From Takakia lepidozioides (Eukaryota; Plantae; Bryophyta), in NCBI GenBank assembly GCA_030704615.1, contig CM060732.1, positions 20,150,001 through 20,214,000 on the forward strand: 64,000 bases of DNA, written 5' to 3'. Each line of letters opens with the position of its first letter. The first letter of the stretch is position 1. A program made the translations under genes and the position numbers. Positions 24,699 through 38,669 of this stretch are shown here, piece after piece. The notes under the pieces are model-generated. The model did not search any database, had not been told where the DNA came from, and saw nothing but the letters and a program-made list of their open reading frames with translations.

Positions 24699-26989
24699 CA
24701 CTAGAAGAAAAACGTGGAATAACCACTCTATTAACCACTCATTATGAGTGGTAAGAGACACTAAACCACTCTGGCCCCAGAGTGATGAAGAACCAGTGGA
24801 TTAGGACAAGTGAGTGGTAAAAGACATTACGTGGCACTAGTGGTTAAGGACAGTGGTTCGAACCACTCACGTCTGGGTCCACTTGTTAGCTGACGTGTCA
24901 CAGTGGTAAATTAACCACTGTGACATGTCAATGACGTGTCATAGAGGTAAACTAACCACTTATGACGTGTCACAGTGGTAAACTGACGTGTCATAGTGGT
25001 AAAGTAATGACTTCCGTTTTGCAGTGGACACGTGTAAGCCGGTGGTCCGTGGATGATATTGGAGATTATGTCGACACGTGGCGACACTCTCAGCATGGAC
25101 ATGTGTCGTGTGTCAGTGCTACGAAATGGATGGAGTGAAAAATTCAATGACTTCCGAAACCACTCGTTGAGTGATCACGAAATGACTCATATAGTCATTC
25201 TCTGAAAACTGAGAGTATACAATATCATTCACAACGTGGTTATGTGAGTGGATGACGTCTCTCAGCAGGTTATTGGACAGAGTGGTATATAAGCTGTTTG
25301 AGTCATCCATGGTGTCTCTCTGAGTGGGAACTATGGATTGGAGTGATTACTAACAGAGTGGTGTGTAAGTGATTAAGAATACCACTGGAGGAATCCATAC
25401 CACTAATACAGTAATATATAGGTGATTACTTATACCACCATATGAGTGGTAATGTGGGCAATTGTGTGCATTTGGCTACTCCCACAGTTTTAAATTATAC
25501 CACTATTACAGTGATGTGCAAGTGATTAGGAACATGACTAGAGGAACACATACCACTAGTGTACTGAAAGAAGTACCATTGGAGATTCAAGCCCCACAAA
25601 ATAGAATAGAATCCCAGAGAGTAAGTGCTGGAACACTGTCAACAAAATCCAGCCATGATAAAAGTCTGAGCCTAACTTCTACACGACGTCTCTGCATGCA
25701 TGCTAGGAACACTGAACTGCTTTCCTGCCTTCTTCTCACTGCCAACAATGTCTACGCCCGGGCAAATGAAATTCTAAGCCCTCTTCATGTTCTTCTCTGG
25801 CCAAAGACAATTCAGACCGACGACATCCTCCAACATTGTTTGCGGTGGGACCTCTTCCTCGTTAGGGTGAGGCAAGACACAATTGGAAATATAGATATCA
25901 TTCACCTCAACCACAATCCTTTAGGTATAACACGGCAGTGATATGTGTCTTTGCCAGGCACACCAGTGACAATTCCACTAGCAGCCCTATGTCATGGTAA
26001 ATGAGGATCATACAGGCTGACTTTGTCCTTCAACTTAAACTGCACACAACACCCACCATAAAACCCCACATTAATCAACCCATGAAGACTTATATGTACA
26101 TTGAAAACCAGATAATGAGGACCGTCCAGTATAAGCAATCACTCAAAGTGTAGAGTACTTTTGGTAGCATAAGAATATCTGCCACTGTGGCAGGGGGTTG
26201 ATATTTGGGGGTTGCCTTTGAAGGCGCCGTAGTTGGTGCACTGTCGGTGGCAATATCAAGAGTGGCTTTCTCAGCCTGCAAACATCACGCCCAACACCCC
26301 TTAACAGTTACATTTAGCAATGCATCTACTAATAGTTTGAAGTACCCAACATGTAAATGGCCACATGTACAGAACTGATAGCCAACAGGTGCATGCATGC
26401 TCACCTCTAGTACGGAAACTGTTGCATGGAGAGGTGCCTCCTGAAGGCCCACCTGACTCTTACTCCCACTAGAACTTGGTGTTATGTCACCATTTGCATC
26501 AGTCAAGGACTTTGTGCCTTTGGCAGCAGTGGCTCTGGTTACAAGCTCTCCTTTTCGCATGTACTTCTTCTCAGCTCCCTTCACGATGGCTGGGGCAGGG
26601 TCCTTTGCTTTAGTCCCCTTCTACATGCCAACAAAACAACAAGGTATAGTACATGAGTACGTCTTACCATACCTTATGCATAGAATTCATGGCACACACC
26701 AATAAATAGATCATTCATGAAATGTTTTCAGCAGCGGCGGCACAATGATAAACTCATGCACTGGTAATGAAGGAACCTTCTTCAACACATTTCACCCTGT
26801 TTTTCCCTCTTATCAGAATCGGCCCTAAATTTTCATGTTGAATTCTGCAAGTTAGCTGGTTGAGTGAGCCTTTGATAGTTTGGAGCGACTTTGACATGGT
26901 ATTGCCAATGTGACAACAGGGAAGTATCCAGAAACAGGTAACAGCTGAGACGAGGAGAAGCTGTGGAATGAATACTTTTATGCACGTTT

Positions 26990-29478
26990 CTTGTAGCTAT
27001 CGATCCATCTGGTACATTTCCAGCTTTGGTGATGCAACCATGCACCTCCGATGCCCTTTTCCAGGGCTGCCGGGCTTGCACACGCACTGCAAACGCACAC
27101 AAACATGATGTGGTCAAACTTCACCCCTTCCCCCATCATTTGCTTTCAGGTCTCCAAAGCCCCATATAGCGCCCTTGCTCTGCACACCCTGCAAGCATCA
27201 CATTCCACAACACCACATCTCATTCAGCCATAGTGTTGAACACTCCCTTGGCATCCTCAATGCTACCATATTAGGCATACATGGCCACCAGAGCAGTGTT
27301 CAGGGTGACATCTGGAACAATTGCAGATTTGATCATGTCACCAGGGATCTCTTTGCCCTTTTCCAGGGCTGCCAGACACACTGCAAACACACACAAACCT
27401 TATGTCGGCGGGCTTCACCCCTTCCCCACCCCTGCTCATGTTGCAATACCACCCCCCCCCTGTGCATTACCCCGCAATCCCCACGACACCACATCTCGTT
27501 CAGCCATAGTGTTGAACACTCCCTTTGCATCCTAGATGCACCCACATTTTGCAAACATGTTCCACCAGGGTTTTGTTCAAATGACATCTGTACAATTCCA
27601 ACTCTGAAGATGTCGCCATGGACCTCTTTCCCTAAAGCTGCCAGGGCAGTGTTCAGATTGACATTTGGCACAATTCCAGCTTTGATGATATCCCCATGCA
27701 CCTCTTTCCCTTCTCCAGGCCAGCTGCCAGGTTGCACAAGCATTGCAAATGCACACAAACATGATGTGCTTCCCCCACATTTTGCTCATAGCTCTCCAAA
27801 GCCTCCATTCCACATCCCCGCTGTGCATATCCTATCCTGCAAGCACATCATATCGCACCCTCCACGACACCACATGTCATTCAGCCATAGTGTCGAACAC
27901 TCCCTTTGCATCCTAGATGCACCCACATTTTGCAAACATGCATGCCACCAGGGTATTGTTCAGAATGACATCTGGTACAATTCCAACTCTGAAGATGTCG
28001 CCATGGACCTCTTTCCCCTTTCCAAAGCTGTTAGGGCAGTGTTCAGATTGACATTTGGCACAATTCCAGCTTTGATGATATCCCCATGCACCTCTTGCCA
28101 TTCTCTAGGGCTGCCAGGCTTGCACAAGCATTGCAAATGCACACAAACATGATGTGCTTCCCCCATCCTTTGCTCATAGGTCTCCAAAGCCTCCATCCTC
28201 CACGTCCCTCCTCCATGCATACCTTGCAAGCATTGCACTCCACGACACCACATCTCGTTCAGCCATAGTGTCGAACACTCCCTTTGCATCCTAGATCCTA
28301 GATCCCTTTGCACCCACATTTTGCAAACATGTCCACCAGGGTATGGTTCAGAATGACATTTGGTACAATTCCAGCTTTGATGATGACCCCATGCACTGCT
28401 TTGTCCTTGTCCAGGCTCGATGCACCCACATTTTGCATAAATGTCCACCAGGGTATGGTTCAGAATGACATTTGGTACAATTCCAGCTCTGAAGATGTCG
28501 CCATGGACCTCTTTCCCCTTTTCCAGAGCTGCCAGGGCAGTGTTTAGATTCACATTTGGTACAATTCCAGCTTTGATGATATCCCCATGCACCTCTTGCC
28601 CTTCTCCAGGCCGGCTGCTAGGCTTGCACAATCATTGCAAATGCACACAAACATGATGTGCTTCCCCCATCATTTGCTCATAGCTCTCCAAAGCCTCCAT
28701 TCCACATCCCTGCTGTGCATACCCTGCAAGCACATCATATCGCACTCCACGACACCACATGTCGTTCAGCCATAGTGTCGAACACTCCCTTTGCATCCTA
28801 GATGCACCCACATTTTGCAAACATATCCACCAGGGTATTGTTCAGAATGTCATCTGGTACAATTCCAGCTTTGAAGATGTCGCCATGGACCTCTTTCCCC
28901 TTTTCCAGAGCTGCCAGGGCAGTGTTTAGATTCACATTTGGCACAATTCCAGCTTTGATGATATCCCCATGCACCTCTTGCCCTTCTCCAGGGCTGCCAG
29001 GCTGCACGCACATTGCAAATGCACACAAACATGATGTGCTTCCCCCATCATCTGCTCATAGCTCTCCAAAGCCTCCATCCCACGTCCCTGCCATGCATAC
29101 CCTGCAAGCATCTCACTCCATGACACCACATCTCGTTCAGCCATAGTGTCAAACACTCCCTTTGCATCCTAGATGCACCCACATTTTGCAAACATGTTCT
29201 CACCAGGGTATTGTTCAGAATGACATCTGATACAATTCCAGCTCTGAAGATGACGCCATGGACCTCTTTCTCCTTTTCCAAAGGTGCCAGGGCAGTGTTC
29301 AGATTGATATTTGGCACAATTCCAGCTTTGATGATATCCCCATGCACCTCTTGCCCTTCTCCAGGGCTGCCAGGCTTGCACAAGCATTGCAAATGCACAC
29401 AAATACGATGTGCTTCCCCCATCATTTGCTCATAGCTCTCCAAAGCCTCCATCCCACGTCCCTGCCGTGCATACCCTG
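26990..29478 (-). pseudogene. Tandemly amplified PLS-class PPR gene fragment (~6 units, ~280-510 bp)
   Basis: GKEVHGDIIKAGIVP, LNNTLVDMFAKCGCI, VFDTMAERDVVSW..MLAGYA..G.GMEALESYEQM. Unit marker gccatagtgt at ~27227, 27503, 27885, 28262, 28769, 29140; stops and frameshifts throughout. Confidence 0.9.
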
Positions 29479-30171
29479 GACCAAGCTGACTCTCCCAAGA
29501 ACCTTGTAAACATCAGCGAGGACTTAAAGTGCGCAGTAGCGATAGGGCTTAGTGGGGCTTAGTGCTTGAGGGAAAAAAAAAACATCACATTGGTCCATGA
29601 GAACCACCATGGTGCAGCTAAGCGAGCAGAGATTGAAATGCGACCTGCTAAGACCAAGCTGACTCTCCCAAGAACCTTGTAAACATCAGGAAGAATACCA
29701 AATCATGGTACTAACAGGAGCCAAAAGCCCACATTTGCAGGATGGACAAACTTCTTCACATCCTACATTAAGAAAAAGCCACACCTTGCGATTGCGATTG
29801 TCCCACCATCATGAAGGATCTGTAAAAAACTCATGCGAGCTCTGCTCCATGCTGCAAATTCAGGGCCGAGTCTGATGAGAGGGCAAAACAGGCTGAAATA
29901 GGTCGAAGAAGAAGGTGCCCTAACCACATTGTCGTCGACCTTGTGTCATGACCCATGGAGGATTTGACAGACCATGAACCCAAACGGACCTCTTGTGTGT
30001 GCTGCTTGTGTCTGTAGTCAAGTAATGTCGGATTGTCCATGAGAACCACCACGGGGCAGCTGAGCGAGCAGAGATTGAAACGCGACCTGCTAAGACCAAC
30101 CTGCACGAGGACTTAGTGTGCACAGCAACATAGTGGGGGCTTAGTGGGGCTTAGTGCATGAGGGAAAAACA

Positions 30172-30237
30172 ACAACGTGAGGAGTTTGAACCCGCGACCC
30201 CGCGACAGAAAGGAAGTGCCCTTACCAGTACGCTACA
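30172..30237 (-). other. tRNA-derived (SINE-head-like) sequence
   Basis: Minus strand gtagcgtactggtaag...gggttcaaactcc contains A-box and B-box-like motifs but no clean cloverleaf. Confidence 0.35.
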
Positions 30238-30627
30238 TGCACACATTTGAAATTTTCCCCCTAAAGTATGTATATATTGTACATACATGATGGGCAACTT
30301 TTTAAGTTTTTTAACCTTTTTACAAACCCTATAAGCAACTTTTTGTTTTTTTTTTAAAATAAAATTTAAGGGAAACCTCAGGCCCTTGAGGAGGGGGAAA
30401 AAATAACCCCCTTTCATTTATGGGCCATGAGACCTACAGGAGGATCAACCCCCAGACATACCGTCGTCACAAACAATCCCACACATGGGGTAATGCAACG
30501 GGTTTGAACCCTGAACCACCAGGGTGACACACTCTGCACTTACCAGCCAATGTGTTTTTTTAAAATCTTTTGCACTTTGATTTTAAGAAAAAAAAAATCA
30601 TTTTAGTGGTTACAAGTGAGCACATAG

Positions 30628-30981
30628 ATGTATTCCATGGAGATAAACAAAACCGTTCATCCGGTGTCTTCACGGTGGACGTATCCCATGGAGCGTTACA
30701 TGAAAGATCTTAAGGGATACGTTAGGAATTACGCAAAGCCAGAAGGGAGTACGGCTGCAGGGTATGTTCTGGATGAGGCTATGGGGTTCATGACTGAGTA
30801 TATGCAATCATTTGATGCAACTCAACGGCGGACATGGGATGCAAATGCGGATGAAGGGGTTGAGAACGAGGTCTTCGAAGGTGTCGGCAAAAAGCGGGAC
30901 ATGACTGGAGCTGGGAGAGATGCAACACAAATTTTGTATGTGTTGAACAATACCAATGTCATGGCTCCTTGGGTGCAGTGA
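30628..30981 (+). pseudogene. CACTA transposase C-terminal (DUF4218-like) fragment
   Basis: PVSSRWTYPMERYMKDLKGYVRNYAKPEGSTAAGYVLDEAMGF matches the En/Spm WMYPxERxxxxLKxxVxNxxxPEGSI pattern. Confidence 0.85.
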
Positions 30982-31759
30982 GTACTTCTTTTCATTGCAC
31001 CTTATTCATATCAAGTTCAATTTCAATTCTGACTGTCACCAGTGTAATCAAACCACCCACAAAGTCACAAATGTCAGTGGTTCATCCTGATTATAACCAA
31101 TGTTGTAGTAACGGAATGTCTGAGTGAGTGACTTGTTGGAAGAGCATGTTCATTTACAAGTCATTCTGCTCACTCCTCCAGTGGTTTGAAACAGTGGTTT
31201 TCAAAGTATCATTCATGCTAGGTATTTTTTGCTAAGTAATGCAATACTTCATTGCTAACATGTGTCATTCTTGTTGCCATTTTGCGACAAAAAGTATGCA
31301 ACAGAGAAGGCACAGTTCACAGTAGACAAAGAGGCATGTGGTGATGAGTGGCGTGCCAATCGACGTCTACCTTATCAGATCAGCCAATACCTAGGTCATT
31401 AGATGGTCCCACGGCTCTAAATAAAGAAGACCTGACTATGTTGGCTACCATTCAAGCGACATTTGTGCAACCAACCGCTATTCCAGTTGAGCAAAGTGAT
31501 TCAGAGGGTGACGAATATGTTTCAGATTCAGAATAAAGTTTATTGTTGGAACCATTTGTTCAATAGCATCATCCCACAATGGTCTGGCCACTTGTCTGTT
31601 TTTCAAAGTCTGTCACAGCTGCACAAACCACTTAAAGTTTTTTATGTATCACCCAAAAAGTGGTACCAATCACTGTTGTGTAGGCTGCTGAGCAAACTCA
31701 TCCAGCACAGGTTGGCAAAATTGTGAGAGCATCAAAGCAAAATGAATCGAAGGTCCACA

Positions 31760-34495
31760 AGTTCTGTAAACTTGTGCCATCCTCCTTGGCGCTCTACGGA
31801 GCAAGAATGTACTATGTTGTCCACCGTTTGAAAACAAACAAGAGCTTGTGTGCATTTCGGATTCCATAACCATCCTGTCTCGAAGGGGGATTACAGGGAG
31901 AGTGTTGAGACAGTATCGAGGTTGATTAAATAGGAGTTCGGGAGAAACCCATCTACAACAACATCTGCAATTGCTCTTGGCGCAAGCAAGTCCTTCTTGG
32001 AAAGCCATATTTTGAGTGAAGGGGATTCTGTGGGGACTAAACTTGACGGTGCAGCATTGGACCTGGTCATGGATCATTTCTCCACTTTGAGTTCACCTAA
32101 CATTCGGCGTCAGATCAATGCATTAAGAATGGGCTCTGGTATCAGAGGCTACATAGACAACATTTTGGAGTTGAAACGAGTGAGCAAGTACGATTACATC
32201 CAGGACAATGTATTCCCAGGTCAAGGTGCCATCAAAGTTTTTCTTGTCAAAATGTCGACTGTTGGGGAGGGCAGTGGGGTTAGCCTCGTGAAGCGGATGC
32301 AGAAGACTGGGGACTTGCAGAACTGTTTTCTTATGTTTGATCATGTGAAACAAGTGAAGGATTGGACGACAATGGCTTGTCATGTCTACGATCCAGTGTA
32401 CCAACGAGTTATGACAATTGCAGTTTGTGACATGCAATCCGAAGATATGGAATCCCAGAAGCTCATGTGGAATTCCCTGATACGTGTCATGGGCTGCCAT
32501 GGGCTGCCATCTCCAAATTTCGCAGGTTTCATGGCAGATAGTGCTCAAGCAAATTTCAATGCTGTTCGTATGGTCTTTGGATCGGGCGACCCAAAAGTGC
32601 CAATGCGAGGAAGAGAGCGTACATGTCTATTCCATTGGACACAATCTCTGGAAAAACATACAAAGTCGGACATCAAACCAGAGATGCAGACTCAGCACCA
32701 TAAATTGTGCAAAGAGTACAAAGATGCTAGAACAATGAAGGAGGCGAACACTTTGTTCCAGACAATTCGTGCCTGGTGGTTCTCTTCTGGAGCTGCATCA
32801 TTTGAGAATATGAGAGCATTGGAAGATTGGCTGGCATTTTGGCACTTCCGGTATAGACAGTGGGGAGCAGCCATGCCAGTGGTACGAGGCTTATATTTCT
32901 TGCTTTATTCATACATTTACTTTCCATTTTATTGTGTCCTCGCTTTCTTTATGTTGTTTTCTGTTCATTGTTTTGAAGTGTGGTTCTGCACTTTGCAGAA
33001 CATGTCCATTGAGGAAATGGCGGACATGCCATCTTGCAATTTGGCAGAAACTGTGCACAACGCATGGTTGCAGCAGTTTAGAAACGAGGTCGGGATTTGT
33101 ATGTGGCAACAACAGATGATTTGATACGTGCCTTGCAACAACAAACCCGATATCGTGATTTCTTACGAGGTGGGGTTGGTGGCAAGGGTCCAGACAAATG
33201 GGAGTTGATGTTGCGTGCTGCAAACAGATCTGGGGATCCAATCAAGATAGCACGGGCGGTGAGCATGTATGCCTAAGGAACGCCACTTGTTTCTAGAGTT
33301 CCACATCTTGAAGGGGAGGAGAGATTCGGCTCCTGTAAGAGGAAATTGAACACACCACCTGGTTCGGATTCCGATTCGCATAGGGCAGACGGCAGACCGT
33401 GATAACTTCTTGAAGCCTCGTGTTCCCCTGCATGACAGCTCCATGTCCGGAACCTCCATTGTGGAGGAACCTCCAACACGACGGCAAGCTCCAGCATCAA
33501 ACAGTGCCACTGAAATGGTGCAGGAGAGAAACAACCCCCTTGATGTGCTTGAGTCGGCACATAGAACGCACAAGTGTAGGGTCTCGTGTGAAATGTATAG
33601 CGATCATGGCAACTAATTTCGAGAAGTGCACTTCATCTATATCCAGAGGTGGTGCCCGAACTCCTGCTCCGACTTTCACGGGTTTGATGCGTCCATACGG
33701 TCAACCAAAAGCCAAGAACCACAAGTTCTGGTTCTGCGCAGATGATTGTGCCAGATGTGTGCATGGAACTGTGCGTCCTTCCGTAGTGATGAAGCCATCT
33801 CCTCCAACCATTTGGCCCGTGAAGGTGGGAACATATCTCAGCTTTTAGGAGATTGAAATGCTGGAGGAGGCAGGTTTTTCCCTTGCGAGACAACCCCAAC
33901 TCCATGCATGTGCTACTACTTCTGCGTCCTCCCGGGTACCCCCGGCAAATCCTGACTTGTGGCCAACCAAACGAGATGGAAAACTCGTTCGGCGTTTCCC
34001 TCCAACCGCTGAACACTTTGGCAAAGTGGAGTCTGCAAGAATGCTCCAAGCTCGTGTTGGAAGCACCACGGAAGTACCCGATCCAAGATATGGTCGGGTA
34101 TTCACAATCATCACTTCCACATCTGCTGTTCATGACAAGACCTACGACATCACGGTTTCCAATTTCCCCAATTGCACATGTCCTGATTTTGTGAATATGC
34201 TATCAACCAGTTTGGGCAAGAGAGGTAAATTCATACCCTGCAAACATTTGTATTTCATATTTTTGAAGAGGATGGTTTGCGATCCCAAACGTGACAACTT
34301 CATTCACCAGGCCACTATGAGTTTCAACGAGGTCGATACTCTATTGCAGCGGGATACAACACATGGGTAGCATCAACTATGCAATGTGGTATGTAGACGA
34401 CCATGATTTGAAATGTGTAATTCACATCAATTCGTCGGCGGTGCAATGATATGGCCTCCAACTATACGGAGTGAGCTCTGAGTGGCAACTTTTTG
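31760..34495 (+). pseudogene. Second, 5'-truncated copy of the MULE-2 transposase (ends TAG 34370) plus 3' flank
   Basis: Closely similar in nucleotide sequence to 10240-13045, with the same intron and SWIM finger but independent stops and frameshifts. Confidence 0.92.
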
Positions 34496-34844
34496 CTGGA
34501 GCTTCAGTTTGGCCATGCGAGAGATTGGCCGTCGTCCGTAGTACATAGCTTTCAACTTCCGCCGCGGTGTGGATGTGAGGTCTCTCTCAGGAGAGCCACG
34601 CCCTTCAGGCGGCATAAGTCCCAGCCAAAAAGATCTCCTTTTTTGGGGTACATGCCTCGAATAGCATGTTAAGCCAAGATAGCATGAGATTTAGGGTACG
34701 TGTCCAAGAAGCCATGCGTCGCCAGCCCGAATGATAACCGACGGCGGTCGACATTTATTGCCCAACTGCGCAATTAAATGTCGGCTGAAGCCCTCCATGT
34801 CGGATGAAAATCGACGTAAACAGTCCCGGAATTTCCAACGTAGA

Positions 34845-36528
34845 GGTAATTCGGAGCGCTGCACGATGGAATTCCGGCGCCGGATTTCCATCCTGCAGGT
34901 AATTCGGAGCGCAGCAGGATGAAAATTCAGCGCCGAATTTCCATCCAGCAAGGTAGGCGGCGCTGGAAATTTCCCTCACACAGGTAATTCAGAAGCGCGC
35001 GGATGGAAATCCGGCGCCGGATTTCCATCCGCGCAGGTAGGGCGTCGCGCCAAATATCCCTCACGCAGGTAATTCCGAAGCGCGCGGATGGAAATCCGGC
35101 GCCGAATTTCCATCCGCGCAGGTCGGGCGGCGCGTCAAATTTCCCTCACGCAGGTAATTCGGAAGCGCGCGGATGGAAATCCGGCGCCGAATTTCCATCC
35201 GCGGAGGCCGGGCGGCGCGCCAAATTTCCTCACGCAGGTAATTCGGAAGCGCTCGGATGGAAATCCGGCGCCGAATTTCAATCCGCGCAGGTCGGGCGGC
35301 GCGCCAAATTTCCCTCACGCAGGTAATTCGGAAGCGCGCGGATGGAAATCCGGCTCCGAATTTCCATCCGGCATGTAATTCGAATACCGGATGAATGGAA
35401 ATTCGGCGCCGAATTTCCATCCAGCAGGTAAGTGGAATCCCGGATGGATGGAAATTCGGCGCCGAATTTCCATCCAGTAGGTAAGTCGGATCGCTGGCGT
35501 ATGGATATTCGGCGCCAAATTTCCATTCGCCATGTATTTCATCGCTCAGAATTACCTTCCTGCAGGTAATTCTGAACGAGGAATTACCTTCCTACCGGCA
35601 TCGATAGGAATTACCTGCAGGAAGGTAATTCTGAGCAATGAAATACATGGCGAATGGAAATTCGGCGCCGAATATCCATACGCCAGCGATCCGACTTACC
35701 TGCAGGATGGAAATTTGGCGCCGAATTTCCATTTATCCGGGATTCGAATTACCTGCTGGATGGAAATTCGGCGCCGAATTTCCATCCATCCGGGATTCGA
35801 GTTACCTGCAGGATGGAAATTCGGCGCCGAATTTCCATCCGGGGGATGGTCTCTGTCGGAGAGGTGCCGCCTCTCCGCCGCTCTGTTGGATATTCGGTGC
35901 CGGATTTCCGTCCGGGGGTTGAAATATGACGGCGAGGTGCCGACCTCTCCCCCCTCCCCGACTGCATTGGAACGGCCCCGAATTGAAATTCGGCGCCGTT
36001 TTCCCATCTGGGGAGGTTTTTATGTCGACCAGTTTTCGGTCTGACCCCCCGACAAGACTTCCTTTGGGGGGGCCCGGATGGAAATTTCGGCGCCCAATCT
36101 CCATCCAGGGGATGCTCTTTGTCGAACACGTGCCGACCTCTACGCCCTAGGCGACTTCATCCGGGCGTCCCCTGTTTGATATTTGGTGCCGAATTTCCGT
36201 CCGGGGGTTGAAATGTGACGGCCAGGTGCCGGCCACTCCCCCCTCCCCGACTGCATCCGAACCGCCCCGGATGGAAATTTCGGCGCCGTTTTTCCATCTG
36301 GGGATGTTTTTATGCCGTCCAGTTTTCGGCCTGACCCCCCGACACGACTCCCTTTGGGGGGGCCGGATGGAAATTCGGCGCCGAATCTCCATCCAGGGGA
36401 TATTCTCTGTCGCACACGCGCCGGCCTCTGCGCCCGAGGCGACTTCATCCGGGCTTCCTTTGTTGGATATTGGGTGCCGAATTTCCATTCGGGGGTAGTA
36501 ATGTGACGGCACAGTGCCGGCTTCTCCC
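34845..36528. repeat. Array of GGATGGAAATTCGGCGCCGAATTTCCATCC palindromes: 85-bp tandem units, a large inverted repeat and ~290-bp duplicated units
   Basis: caggtaatt at 34981, 35066, 35151, 35235, 35320; inverted arms ~35340-35571 and 35608-35840. Confidence 0.95.
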
Positions 36529-36529
36529 C

Positions 36530-38669
36530 TTCAAAATGTCCACGTGTGGACCTGGCAGCAGCGTCGAACTGGTCGACAGGATGACGAGTGGGAACTTGTC
36601 AAACAGTTGGGTCATGTTCGACCATATCAAGCGAATTACAAATCACCAATGGGTGACAATGGGTGCACATGTCTACGACACCCACTGTAGGATGCTAATG
36701 ACAATTGCTATTTGTGAGATGAAAGGAGAGGACACACAATCGGAGATGCTTCTTTGGCAGGGAATAAACGAACAGATGGCCAAGGCGGGATTGCCCCCTC
36801 CCAATTTCCGTGGTTTCATGGCGGACAACGCACAAGCAAATTGGGCTGCCATCCGAAGGGTGTACGGGCAAGACCCCAATGTTCCCATGGAAGGCAAGGA
36901 GAGATCTTGTGGGTTCCATTTTCTGCAGAGCCTTTCGCAGTACACAACCAGGCTCGTGGCGCCAAATTTCAAAGAGGAGCACCGTTCCATGTGCCTTGCG
37001 TGGAAGCGCGCTCCCACCTTGGATGATGCAGAGACACAGTTTGCATGCATACGGGCTTGGTGGACATCGTCAGGTGCTGTAAGGAAATCAGACGAGGGAG
37101 CAATGGTCAGTTGGCTAGCATGGTGGCATTATCGTTTCCTCCAGTTCGGCGACTATATGCGGGAGGTGAGTTGCACGAATTCGCGTCCCGTTGAATATTA
37201 TTCTTGGCCATATTTGTAACTTGCTTGTAACCTGAACATGTGCTTGTGCAGGAATGTGTCTCGACTCCGACACCAACATGCCCACGACAAACATGGCCGA
37301 ATCAGTGCACTCTTCCTGGCGTGCCTCCTCTGCGGCGCATCTGGTGGACATCCTCACTGCCACAACGGAGGACATTGTGAGGTCAATTATGCAGCAATGC
37401 AGGTACAACGAGTTCTTGAAAGGGAAACAGTGGGGCTTGGGGCCGGACAGGCAGGAAATGCTGATGCGGACTGCCTCCAGATCGAAGAATCCTCGGAAGT
37501 GGGCGGCGGCCTTGCGAGAGGGCCTTTGGGACACGCCATTGCTGCGAAGAGGCCAACATTTGGAAGGAGATGTTCATACCCGTCCAGTGAGACGAAGACT
37601 TGACGAGGCACCTGGCGGAGAAGAGGATTCATGGCGAGCTGACAAGAATATTCGCACGCTCCTTCGTGGTCCGATGATGTTGCCCGAGGAGGTCTCGTCG
37701 AGCACCGCAAGTCCTGCACATTCAAGATCGTCATCTCCTTTGAGCACAGGGCGCGTGCCCCGGCAACATAACGAGTCATCTGTAGTAAAGCAGTACAACA
37801 TTCCCATTGTGGAGACAAGAGTGTCGGAGTCACAGTGGAGAATTGCGAGGACATTGCCGGCATTTCGAGGGAAGTGCTGCGCCATCCGGGTGGATACGAG
37901 AGCACGCTGTGGTGAGATGATTTGGAGGAACCCACACGGTGCTGTACCTGCACCTTGTTTCAGCGGCAGATTTTTGACTCCCACATTTGCTCACGCCACA
38001 ACGCAGACATTTTGGTTCTATAGGCACGACATAATGACCTGTGTATTTGGCAAGCCCAAGTACGGGATTCAGGGAATGCCGAAGCCTCCGGGCGTCTGGC
38101 CTATTGCACCGGGTTGCAGCCTCTCTCAGAATGAGGCGGATGCTCTATCTGCAGCAGGATTTCGAATGGTGCAATGCACAGACATCCCGGCCCACGCATT
38201 TCCGGTTCCTCAGACCCAGCCATTGCAGACTGCTCGGTCCAGTAGAGACGGATTGGACAATTCTGCACATCCCACAATGCGATTCGGAAGAGTGAAGAGA
38301 CGACACCCTCCCAACAAGTTGAATGAGACTCGGATTGCCAATGCTCTTGGGATGGCTTGCACTATTCAGAGCTTCGTGGACGTACCCCCACCCGGCCTTG
38401 GGCGTGTGTATCGGATGGCAACGGCCGGCTCGGCTGTACGTGACGATGTATACACAATTACGATTGGAGTGGAGCCGACTTGCAATTGTACGGACTTCTC
38501 GTTGATGGAAGCAAAGAAAGGTTCGAAGTATTATCCGTGCAAGCATCTGTATTACATCTACCTGAAGAGGTTGAGGATGAACGTGACTATTGATGACTTT
38601 ATTCATGCACTGGCGTTGAGCGTGAACGAGCTGCACAAACTCCTCCTTAGGGATTCCAGAAATCATTGA
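36530..38669 (+). pseudogene. 5'-truncated MULE transposase (DDE core + SWIM) of another subfamily
   Basis: FKMSTCGP, WVMFDHIKR, GFMADNAQAN, CGFH, TNMAESVH, CNC...CKH; intron ~37166-37251. Confidence 0.88.

Larger units (their letters stand above)
24699..31750 (+). mobile_element. CACTA/EnSpm element (left end, captured PPR fragments, transposase remnant); right boundary uncertain
   Basis: Begins CACTAGAAGAAAAAC exactly where gag stops. Dense ACCACT/AGTGGT subterminal repeats 24720-25560; DUF4218-like ORF at 30628. Confidence 0.65.

Noticed and set aside
25600-26700. CACTA accessory (TnpA-like) gene remnants on the minus strand
   Set aside because: Only short fragments without a motif I can confidently recognise.
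26990-29478. Functional PPR editing-factor gene
   Set aside because: Repeated stops and frameshifts, no long ORF, and no E/DYW domain seen.
30172-30237. Functional tRNA gene
   Set aside because: A/B-box-like motifs are present, but I could not pair convincing acceptor and anticodon stems.
34845-36528. Many overlapping ORFs (MEIRRRISI, WKFGAEFPS) on both strands
   Set aside because: These are translation artefacts of palindromic repeats; the same applies to 260-1010 and 43720-45230.
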